A DNA stretch of 38,209 nt. Source: a virus (taxonomy: Duplodnaviria; Caudoviricetes). The stretch spans positions 1-38,209 of the IMG/VR virus record IMGVR_UViG_3300020043_002680; one strand, 5' to 3'. The notes beneath the pieces were generated by a model, which saw only the letters and a list, made by a program, of their open reading frames with translations, did no database searches and was not told the origin of the DNA. Of this stretch, positions 1 through 9,100 are shown in pieces; position 1 is the stretch's first letter, and the number at the start of each line of letters is the position of its first letter. The position numbers were made by a program, and so were the translations under genes.

Positions 1-1
1 A

Positions 2-151
2 GCAGCTAATCGCTGGCACCACTTTTTCACCAAGAAGGATCTTTCAAGCTGGCGCTGGCAACAAAGCATCGAAGGTAAAATCAAGCCAGACAGTAGGGCA
101 AACATACAGATCCAAATCCTTCGCGGATACCTAGACTACGTGAAACAGTAG
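2..151 (+). CDS. partial hypothetical protein (3' end, truncated by window edge)
   Basis: Frame open from base 2 (AANRWHHFF...YLDYVKQ) to TAG at 149-151, followed by an AT-rich intergenic region. Confidence 0.45.
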   Translation, partial: AANRWHHFFTKKDLSSWRWQQSIEGKIKPDSRANIQIQILRGYLDYVKQ

Positions 152-240
152 TCTGTAACCCACTCCTACCCATCAAACAGATAAATATCAGTCCCAAAAA
201 CCGACCCAAAGCGGTGAACAAAATAAAAAACTTTTGTCAC

Positions 241-269
241 TTGATTTCGATAAACTGAAAGAGTAATTT
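241..269 (+). promoter_or_regulatory. putative sigma70-type promoter, possibly giving a leaderless mRNA
   Basis: TTGATT (241-246), 17-bp spacer, TAATTT (264-269); ATG at 276 lies at the expected start site and has no SD. Confidence 0.45.
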
Positions 270-275
270 ATCCGT

Positions 276-560
276 ATGCCTTCAAAATTACACAGCATAT
301 CCGACTCCGAATGGAGTCAAAACGACAACCGCACACTCGCGGCTAAGTATCAAGCTACCAACGCCGTCGTCAGCCAATTCCGCCGTCTCCGTGGGAAGCC
401 TAAAGGACCGCGCAGTCCAGGCTCAGGCAGACCTCAGAAGCTCGCGCTTAGCGAGATCGACTGGTCACTCAGTAACAACGAAAACGCTAAAAAACTCGGC
501 TGCACCCCATCCTACATCACGATCTTGCGTCGCAGCCGCAAAGAAACCGACTTCGCATAA
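276..560 (+). CDS. small basic protein with two HTH-like units, putative regulator
   Basis: 94 aa; motif DWSLSNNENAKKLGCTPSYITILRR; similar to ORF 22184-22480. Confidence 0.65.
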   Translation: MPSKLHSISDSEWSQNDNRTLAAKYQATNAVVSQFRRLRGKPKGPRSPGSGRPQKLALSEIDWSLSNNENAKKLGCTPSYITILRRSRKETDFA

Positions 561-567
561 CGACAGC

Positions 568-837
568 ATGAAAACAAAGCTCATCAAGCACCTACGAAAA
601 CTACAGCGCACCGAGGCCGCGCTGGCTAAAGCCAAGGAGATCAGAAACGCAGCCCGCGTTGACCTGACAGTGGCCATATATGACGCCATGAAGGCCAATA
701 AACTAAGGCGTAGCCACATCCTGAAGAAGCTCCAAGGATGGTCGTCCGATAAAGTTGGCAACATCATCCATCTGCACCAAGGGCTGCGAACAGAAGCCGA
801 GTGGCTCCAGCTTATCGACGCGGTCTCCAGCAAGTAA
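568..837 (+). CDS. hypothetical basic protein, possibly DNA-binding
   Basis: ATG at 568 just after the upstream stop; 89 aa starting MKTKLIKHLRKL. Confidence 0.6.
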   Translation: MKTKLIKHLRKLQRTEAALAKAKEIRNAARVDLTVAIYDAMKANKLRRSHILKKLQGWSSDKVGNIIHLHQGLRTEAEWLQLIDAVSSK

Positions 838-849
838 CGATCAAACAAA

Positions 850-1377
850 ATGAAAACGACATACACAAACAAACAACTCCAAGAAGCTATTGATGCGGCC
901 TTTCGCGAATCAAGCGGTGACGACGGATTTTGGCTTGGCATCGCCCGCGCATTCCTCGACAACCTGCCGGAGCAGACTGAGCAGGAAGTTTTGAGCCTCT
1001 CCCAACTACGCCCGCTCTCCAAAGCTGGACCAGTGCCGGAAGGGTGCGTGAGGGTGACAGGATACTGCGAAAATGGCAGTTGGTTTCTAGGCGTAGACTG
1101 TCTAATGACACAAGACACCCACTTCGCTGACATCCGCTTGCCTTCCACAGAGAAGCCTGACCCTTTGGTAACGAAATCGGATTCGTCACCAGAATGGACA
1201 CCGCAAGTCGGCGATGTCGTCAGGCTCAAGTCCGGCGGGCCGCTGATGACTGTTGGTTGTCCGATTGAGCACACCATTCCGTCAGTTTCTTGTGCATGGT
1301 TTGACGGAACCACGCTTTGCTCTACGCCAATTCCAACCGCCTGTCTCGAACTCTCAACCAAGGAGGACGCACGATGA
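850..1377 (+). CDS. accessory protein with C-terminal YodC/DUF2158-like domain
   Basis: VGDVVRLKSGGPLMTV...CAWFDG motif; paralogue of 28619-29335. Confidence 0.75.
   Translation: MKTTYTNKQLQEAIDAAFRESSGDDGFWLGIARAFLDNLPEQTEQEVLSLSQLRPLSKAGPVPEGCVRVTGYCENGSWFLGVDCLMTQDTHFADIRLPSTEKPDPLVTKSDSSPEWTPQVGDVVRLKSGGPLMTVGCPIEHTIPSVSCAWFDGTTLCSTPIPTACLELSTKEDAR
1110..1142. repeat. inverted repeat block 1 (partner 29187-29219)
   Basis: 33 bp, 1 mismatch, manual alignment. Confidence 0.85.
1185..1250. repeat. inverted repeat block 2 (partner 28746-28811)
   Basis: 66 bp, 4 mismatches. Confidence 0.9.
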
Positions 1378-1382
1378 AAACA
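1333..1382. repeat. inverted repeat block 3 spanning a gene junction (partner 28614-28663)
   Basis: 50 bp, 3 mismatches; includes SD and the ATGA overlap. Confidence 0.9.
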
Positions 1383-1706
1383 CAACTAGAACAACTGAAA
1401 CAAGAACTCCGCGAGTTCATTAAACTGTCGAAAACGGTGCCAACTGCGCCTTGGGAATACGATGACGGTAGTGACGATATGGACTTTGATGGTGGTTGGA
1501 TATACGCACCAGACAGACCACTATTAAGCAAAGGCGATACATCGCACTCTACTATGTTTTTCATCGCCCGCTCCCGCAACATCTCGCCAGCTTTGGCGGA
1601 GTGTTTGTTGAGTCAGATCGAATGGCTAGAGCGATACGCAGTCCCCGTTGAAAGCGCCAACCAACAACTCCAAGAAATTCTCAACCTTTGGGAGGCAGCA
1701 AAATGA
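1374..1706 (+). CDS. Ead/Ea22-like accessory protein
   Basis: ATGA overlap with AAGGAGG upstream; PTAPW...FIARSRNISPAL resembles Ead/Ea22; paralogue of 27941-28174. Confidence 0.65.
   Translation: MKTQLEQLKQELREFIKLSKTVPTAPWEYDDGSDDMDFDGGWIYAPDRPLLSKGDTSHSTMFFIARSRNISPALAECLLSQIEWLERYAVPVESANQQLQEILNLWEAAK
1395..1432. repeat. inverted repeat block 4 (partner 28116-28153)
   Basis: 38 bp, 1 mismatch. Confidence 0.85.
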
Positions 1707-1742
1707 CCCAAGAAGAAAAACGAATCAAGCTGGCTGAGGCTG
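1689..1742. repeat. inverted repeat block 5 spanning a gene junction (partner 27905-27958)
   Basis: 54 bp, 4 mismatches. Confidence 0.85.
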
Positions 1743-2026
1743 GTGGGTGGAAAGTGCATCCTAAATACCGATTTATTGTCATCCCTCCAAACTCTCCACA
1801 CAGTGTCCAGCCCCTGTCAACTATTCCCGACTACTTCTCGGACCTCAACGCGGTGCATGAGTTGGAGAAGGTGCTGACTGAAGAACAACGTAGATCCTAC
1901 TGTGATTTCACTTACGACATTGCGTGTAGAATACAAAAAGAGACTGGAAAGTGGAACTGGATTTCACTCCCCGCAGCCCAACGCGCCGAGGCCCTCGGCC
2001 TAACCCTCAACCTCTGGAAACAATGA
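1703..2026 (+). CDS. phage ABA-sandwich-like small protein
   Basis: ATGA overlap; IKLAEAGGW...PDYFSDLNAVHELEK...AAQRAEA; paralogue of 27627-27944. Confidence 0.65.
   Translation: MTQEEKRIKLAEAGGWKVHPKYRFIVIPPNSPHSVQPLSTIPDYFSDLNAVHELEKVLTEEQRRSYCDFTYDIACRIQKETGKWNWISLPAAQRAEALGLTLNLWKQ
1826..1870. repeat. inverted repeat block 6 (partner 27774-27818)
   Basis: 45 bp, 3 mismatches, all in one codon. Confidence 0.85.
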
Positions 2027-2082
2027 AAACCTACCCATACATGGACGGCGACCAGCTGATCGAACTCGTCGAACAGCGCGAG
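1971..2082. repeat. inverted repeat block 7 spanning a gene junction (partner 27571-27682)
   Basis: 112 bp, 5 mismatches. Confidence 0.95.
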
Positions 2083-2334
2083 TATGACGAGATTTTAAAA
2101 CTAGCTCTCCAACTGGCTAATCTTCGAGCGGAAGATATGGCGACGATTAAGGATCAAACTGTGATGATAGAAAAGTTGGCAAATGCCCTCACTTTAATCA
2201 CAGAGGAATACGAAGACCGCAGATTCCAATTTGGTGACGAATATTTGTGGCAAAAACACGAAGGCAATAACCCTTTGCCTACTGCTTTTGCAGCCTTAGA
2301 AGCCTATGAATTATTGAAAGGAGAGCAGCCATGA
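2023..2334 (+). CDS. hypothetical accessory protein
   Basis: ATGA overlap; first 20 aa (MKTYPYMDGDQLIELVEQRE) identical to 27340-27630. Confidence 0.75.
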   Translation: MKTYPYMDGDQLIELVEQREYDEILKLALQLANLRAEDMATIKDQTVMIEKLANALTLITEEYEDRRFQFGDEYLWQKHEGNNPLPTAFAALEAYELLKGEQP

Positions 2335-2618
2335 GCACATTACTTCTAGAAATCTCGCGTAATCTCCGCAAGCAGGGCGAACGACTTGGCCGTGATGGGC
2401 TTAGCCAACGCGTTAATGATCTTGTTTTAGATTTTGCCAAAAAGCATCCCAATGGAAACTACCGCGAGGCAATTATCCTAGCTGGCAGACTCCGCGCTAT
2501 TTCATTGGCGGCTCGCTCAGATTTATACTGGGGCGAAAAAACAGATTTAGGATTCCATGATGAGGCTGAATATCAATTACCTAAATTTCAGAAAAGAAAC
2601 GAGGACCAAGAATCATGA
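2331..2618 (+). CDS. hypothetical accessory protein without counterpart in the right-hand array
   Basis: ATGA overlaps at both ends; GAAAGGAG SD upstream. Confidence 0.7.
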   Translation: MSTLLLEISRNLRKQGERLGRDGLSQRVNDLVLDFAKKHPNGNYREAIILAGRLRAISLAARSDLYWGEKTDLGFHDEAEYQLPKFQKRNEDQES

Positions 2619-2878
2619 GCGACACACCAAGAACGGATGAACACATGCTTGGCGGATCGTATAGTTTTGATGGCGACTTTGCCCGCGAGCTTGAGCGCGA
2701 ACTCAACGAATCAATCAAAGCCATCCGCGATGCCGACTTGGCTTTACGCAAATGCTTAAATTACCTGATCGTTCAACCAATCTTTACACGCAATAACAGC
2801 GACATTGAACGAGAATCGGAAACAATGGAATCTGTTCATTTTGCCCTCGCTAAACTCCAACCATTCACCACACCATGA
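2615..2878 (+). CDS. MSDTPR-family accessory protein
   Basis: MSDTPRT...DFARELERELN; paralogue of 27092-27343. Confidence 0.75.
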   Translation: MSDTPRTDEHMLGGSYSFDGDFARELERELNESIKAIRDADLALRKCLNYLIVQPIFTRNNSDIERESETMESVHFALAKLQPFTTP

Positions 2879-3165
2879 GCGATACACCGAGAACAATGAA
2901 GTTGTTAGACAAGCTTCTTGACGAAGATGGCGTGTTAGAAGAAGAAAACGCGCCTTTTGTTTGGGTTAGGCTTTCTAAAGGAATTGAGCGCGAACTCAAC
3001 GCAGCACTAGCAGCCAATGCCGAGCTTCTCGAACGTCTCCAGGAATCCCGTGAGTCTCATCTGATAGCAACAGCTAAAAAGGTGCAGACGATCCAGCAGC
3101 AGGCCGTTGAAATCGACAGGCTAAAGGCTGTGCTTGCTGATATTTACTCACTCAGCCGCTCTTGA
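2875..3165 (+). CDS. MSDTPR-family accessory coiled-coil protein, chimeric
   Basis: N-half resembles 26820-27095, C-half resembles the middle of 27340-27630; 3' end overlaps the convergent gene by 22 bp. Confidence 0.7.
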   Translation: MSDTPRTMKLLDKLLDEDGVLEEENAPFVWVRLSKGIERELNAALAANAELLERLQESRESHLIATAKKVQTIQQQAVEIDRLKAVLADIYSLSRS

Positions 3166-6100
3166 ATCTTGCGGGCTTCGCGTAGCACGTTAGCACCGAC
3201 ATCGACGGCGCCAGCAGCGGGGCCAATGACAGCAGATGCGCCAGCAGCGGCAGCGGTAGAAAGCGAATCTAACGCATCTATAAATTCTTCTGAATTATCA
3301 GGACTAAAAAGCTCATCCATGTTTTTACCGCCGCGAAGTAAGTCGTTTGCCGTTTTGCTTGCAAGGTCATCGGAAGGAAATACGCGAAGGCCAAGCAATG
3401 AACGCCCCACTTTGTCAATCAATCGACCAAGCACAAATAGCCCATTTACAGGGCCAAGTGTAAGCGCAAGCGTCCACTGATCTGTGCTCCACTCGCGATC
3501 ACGATCTTCATCGTCACCTAATAGCGAAGCAATCACACCAGCCATTACCTGCGAAACAGCAGCTTGCACGATATGAGCCACAAGCGCCCGCTGAACGTCC
3601 AACGACTTGTTTTTAGACTTGCCAGTTGCCAGCTTGCGAATTGCCATTAGCTCAACCGCAAGAGCCTTGCGCTGGTCAGATACAAACATTGACATTGAAC
3701 GCATAAACGGATTACCAGAACGTTCGTAAAGAGCGCGGGCATAAACGTCGGAAGGTTGCGCCGACGTGGCAATCATCTTTTCAACACGTGCAATGGCCTT
3801 GGCATCTGCAATCTCTGGCGTCATCTGCGGGTTTTCACGCATGTATCCGCGCCGATAATAATCAAAGGAAATAGCAGCACCCAGGGCAGTCCACCCACCG
3901 TCAACCATTCCCATCGGCATCATGCCTGCTTGCATAGCAAGAATGGATTGAGATCCAGTCATGCTTGAGCCCTGCATTGCAACGCGAGATTCAGCGGAGA
4001 AACCCGATTCAATACGACGGCGGATGATGTCAGACTTCCACATTGCGGAAACTTCACTAGCAAATGCCTGCGGCTCAATAAATGCGCGAGACATTCCCAT
4101 CATGTAATTGTGAGTAGGAACGTCAGCCAAAAGAGGATTCAGCAGCGCCGGAGTTTGCTTAATAATGGGAGAAATACGAAACGCCAATCCTTTATAAGCT
4201 CGATATTGCATGAGCCAGCGCCAAAAACGCGACATATTCACAAGCTCGTTTGCATTGTTCGTGCCGTTTTTTTCAATCGTGCTGATGTCTTGTTTGAGCC
4301 GTTGCAGATAACCCTCACTCTTTTTCTGGCGGATTGCCACGGCAGTATCTTTATCCAACAAGATAGCCTTCATATCTCGCATCATTTCAGCGTGCGCCAC
4401 CCAATGAGAGACGTTTTCCCAGTGAGCCAAGAACACGGCAAGCGCGTCACTCTCCACAAGTGAAGCCGTCGTATTCACGCGGGATTTTGTAAAGCCAGCA
4501 GCTAAGCCGCTATTCATATCTGAACTGTCCAAGTCCATCACCTCTCCGCCGGCGTTCATGTTTCGTCGATAGATCGGTGAATAGTTCTTAATGCGCGGAA
4601 GTGGCGCATTAAACAGCCTACGATAAATCGGATCAATCATGCCAGCCGCATCTTGATAGCTGCCAGAAATCCACCGTCCCAGCGCTTTAGCCTCTGGCGA
4701 AAGAAACTCTTCAAGCTGTGCGAAACTGTCAGCGTCCCAGCCATCGCGCTCCATTTGCTTGCGACTTGCTTCCTGCATTGACCATAGCCACCACTGAATG
4801 CCTTGCGTCTCCGACATCGTGCGAGATGTTGGAGCGGCTCTACTAGTCACTTTCTCAATAGTCACCGTGCGCTTGCGTGCGTTAGCGGCAAACTCTTCAA
4901 GAGCGGCGTCAACATCGGCCTGTTCAAGCCCTGCCGTCTTCGCGTCCATCGTGCCGTCAGCGAGCTTTGTCAGCGTGTCGATGTCTAGCTTGATTTCCTT
5001 CTTTGTGACTTTGGAAATCATGATTCCCGAGTCTTTGAGCTTCTGCAATTCAGCGATGCCGCGAGCGTGTTGAAACTTGCTGTCAGAGTTGAAGATAACC
5101 GTTAGCGCGTCTTTTTTCTGAGACTCCACAAGACGCTTGATGTCGGTGGAAAGATTCGCCGCATTGATGATCTTACCCGCGAAGTAATCGAGAATCTTGG
5201 AGTCTTCGCCAAAGATCAATTCAAGACGTTGGAGGGTAGTCCACAGAGACTCTGACAAAACTCCACGCATACCAAGCAAAGCGCGACGCATCACGCCCTT
5301 GTTCAAATTCGTGAGGTTGTCAGCCACAGCGGCATTCAGTTCGTCGCCGGCGAGAATGGACGCTTGCCCGCTCTGGCGCATGTCCGTCAAGAATGCCTTG
5401 CGCTCTTCGTCTAGGATCTTCTTTCCAAGCTTGCCCTGCTCAATCGTCTCGTTTAGCCACAAGAAAGCAGACTCGCGGGATGCAGAGTCCTTCGTGCTCC
5501 AAACTTCAAATAGGCGAGCAATGCCCAGTTTCGTCAGCGCGTCTTGCACTTCTTCCGCAGACTCCGATTCCTCGACCTGCTTTTCTAGCGCGGCCTGCTC
5601 TTTGGCTTGGCTTGCAATGTCTAAGTCAATAAACTCGGCGGCATAGTCCACCTGTTCCGTAGCTGTGGAAAGAATCTTGCCGGAGATTCGCCCGCTTGAA
5701 TCCCGCTTTGATTGATAGCGTTCAAGCAATTTATCAACCGCCGTTCCATATTGCTCCTTGAGATGCTTTTCTAGCAAATCCTGGCCACGTTCAAGCTGGC
5801 GTTGTAAGACCTTCAGCCGTGCCGATTCGCTAGCCTTGCGTGCTAGGGTGACAAAACCACCGATCTTGCCACGGATCTCCTGCGGGAACATGGCAACAAT
5901 AGCTTCTAGCGTGATGAGGTCACGCACGAGTGATTCACGCGGCGACCAGTCCTCTTTCTGCATTGCATCGGCCTCGTCGCGCCATGCTTGCGCTTCTTGG
6001 CGTGCTTGTTCAAACGCTGCTTTTTCAACGGATTTAACTGCGGCCTCTGCTTTGGCATAATCGGCCTTAGCATTACGATGCGATTTGATGGACGATTCAA

Positions 6101-9100
6101 GCGCGGCCCACATCTCGGAGGCAGTATCAAATCCCAGGTTGTTAGCCATTACGTCTGGCATGATGCCGCCAACCGCTGGAATCGTTACCTTGTTGATTTT
6201 AACCTTCACTTCACCAGACTTAATTGCAGCTTTGATTTCAGCGGGAACCTTGGCAGACGGGAAGCTTTCGCTTGATCCATCTTTGCGCGTGATAACAACG
6301 GTCTTAATTGTCCTGCCGTTAGAATACCATTGCGGAGGAATCCAATTCAGATCGTCGTATTGATCTTTGATGTCTCGACCTTCACGCGCAGCCGTAGCTT
6401 TCGACATTAATCGCCCGTTATCGTGAAGCATTTTCTTCACAATCGGATCGTCTTCCAGCGTGCCGACGCCTTCAGAATACGCCATCAGCGTGTCTGGCGT
6501 CAGCTTGTCCATGCCCTCATTTACAAGCTCAACTTCACGCTGTGCCTGCCGCATAGCCTGTTCCTTGTCCAGACTTTTCACCGTGCGCTTTTCACTAATC
6601 GGGCGGATCTTATTCCCTTGCGGTGTCCATCGCTCGTTGCTCCATTTATCGGCGAGCTTGGCAAACTGGCGGATAACTTTGGACTTAACCTCTAACGCGC
6701 CAGCCGGGTTCTCGGCAAAGTTGCGCTCTACTTGGTCGCTGAGTTCGTTGAGGTTGCGGATGGGTGAGATACTGAATCGAATATCTGGCGATGCCTCGTT
6801 GAACCGTTTGCTAAGTGGAATGACGTTGCCAGCATCGTCGTAGGTTACTGGGTCGGCCAGTTTGATATTGTTCGCCGTATTTTTGTAGAAGTAGTTTTGA
6901 ACATCGTCCTTGCCCCACTCTCGAATATCGTTGCCATCCCAAAAAAGGTTTTCCGCTGGAACGGATTCCTTGATGATTCGATATTCATCTTCGCCAAAGC
7001 GGGACTCTCCATGGTCAACTGCGTATGTTTTTGATGGAGTAACCCAATCGCGGTTTTCCAACTTTGCGCCTTTGATGTCAATCGGGACGGCGCGGTAAAC
7101 AGTTACAAAAGCTTTTTTACCTCGTTGGATTTTATCCATAGCGGCACGGATAGCCTTAAACGCTTCCATGCCAGCTTTGTCTTGATACGAGTAATAGCGA
7201 GGGCCAACGCGAGGATCAAAGTAATCGTCAGGCTGATTATGAATGCCTCGCGCAACTTGAACGAGAGAAGCGTCTGCGTCTCCATTTCTCACTTCCTCGT
7301 CAGCCCCGGTGGGGCCAGATGGCGCTCTGTGGGCATCCCTAAAATCAGCGTGAGGCAAGTATCCCGCCGCCTTCGCCACAGCATCCACCATCTTTTGCAA
7401 CAGCGTGCGATTCTTCTCAGGGTTTTTGGCAAGCTCAAGATACTCGGCATCCTGCTCTGGAGTGACTGGCGAGATGCTAAACGCCATATTCCCAGCGTCG
7501 ATCACTGCCTGAGCTTCCTCATCAACGCCAAGCATGGATTTCACCTCGCCAAGAACTTGCCCTTCCATCTGCTTCACCTCGTCGATGCCGAGGACTTTGT
7601 TGATAAACGTATCGTATTCTTCGCCGAGCTTGCTTTCATCGCGAGCTTTAGTGATAGCGTCAACGGTGCCAAACACGCCTTTGAGGTAGGCGGTAAATGC
7701 CTTGATTGCAGCCAGAATGCTTTTTAACGCGCTGACTTCCTCTTGAGTATTAGCGCCCATAACAGACGCCTCAATAGCGCGAGAAATAGACCCAGGTTTC
7801 ATGCCAGTGGCAAGGCCTTGTCGATCACGCCCTAGCACGTCACGCATGACCATTTCCGACACGGTTTCACGCAACATGGTTTCATTGCCTTGGCCATTTG
7901 CCAACGTGCGTAGATTGTCGATGAATTGAGCTTCTTCGGCGTTCAATGCCGTCACGCCTTCAAAAGCAGGCAAAAGCGCGCGCATTGCCGTGCGTGTCTC
8001 TTGATCTGAGAACGTGCCGTTTTCTATGCCCAATCGCCACGTCGATTCAAAGTTCTCATGCAGGAATGTAAATACCTGCGGCTGCCCTTCAGCTTGCGAT
8101 TTGTAGAGATTCATCCTGCGGACGATCTCTTTAGCCCCATCAGCCACGCGCATCGGGAAGATTTCGTTCGATCCGTTAATGTGCGCGAAAATACCTTGAG
8201 TGCCCGACTTGATGCCCGCAACTTCTGCCTCTGCACGGACGGTTTCAAGAGCTTGAGGGCCAAGCTGGCGCTGTGAAAGAATAGCACCGCCAGCATCGCG
8301 CCGAGTAGCCACGACTCCGACCGCTTCAACGTCAGACGCTTGAACAGTCTCACCAGTGAATACAGTTTCAGCCTGCCTGCCTTTTTCGTAATAACCGTCA
8401 ATCACGCTTACCAGCGCATCGGCCTCTTGCTGGCTTCCTACTTGGCGAATATCGACTGCAATGCGACGAGCAGCTTCGGCTGAATCTACGGGTATGATTG
8501 TCCCATCACCAACGGCAACTTGCCAGCCCGCAGGAGAGCGCGTGACATTTACCACAAATTCAGGCGATGATGTGTCTATTAACGCCGCTGTGTTAGCTTG
8601 TTCAGATTGTAGGCTTTTAAGCCTTTCAGCAGCTTGAATGCGTTGTTCGGCCGTAGCCTTTACTTGCGCCATGTCAGCGCCTTTTGCATTAATCTTCGCC
8701 CAATCCAAACGCATAGCGTCTTCCGCTTCGCTCCATTTGCCATCGTTAGCTAGCTCGCTAATTTTTGCGGCAGATTCTGGCGAATACTGAGCAGCTATCA
8801 GCATATCAGGCGAGCGCGCAAGTTGACGACCAGCGCGAAAGTCTGACAACTGACCAGTTCCAGCGCCAACAATAGCGAGCGGCAAGATTGTCGAAATAAG
8901 CTCAGGCAAGCTTTGTGCAAACTCGCCAAGAAATCCGTTCCAGTCTGCATCCGGAATATCTTTGCTCAGTTCATTTGCCAAACTCTGAACGGCTAGCGGA
9001 ATAACTCCTTGCGCAAACTCCTCGCCTACTTCCGTAGCTGTGCCGATTGCCGCCCGTGTGGCAAACATGCCAAGCGCCCCAGTTGCGCTAAAAATTGGCT

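Noticed and set aside
465-1385. 306-aa minus-strand ORF
   Set aside because: Antisense shadow of coupled plus-strand genes that have paralogues; no recognisable motifs
1971-2082. Diversity-generating retroelement TR/VR pair
   Set aside because: Mismatches are not confined to adenines of one copy, there are many dispersed blocks, and no reverse transcriptase is in the window
850-3165. CRISPR array or shufflon
   Set aside because: The blocks differ from one another, are protein-coding and are irregularly spaced; no site-specific recombinase is visible
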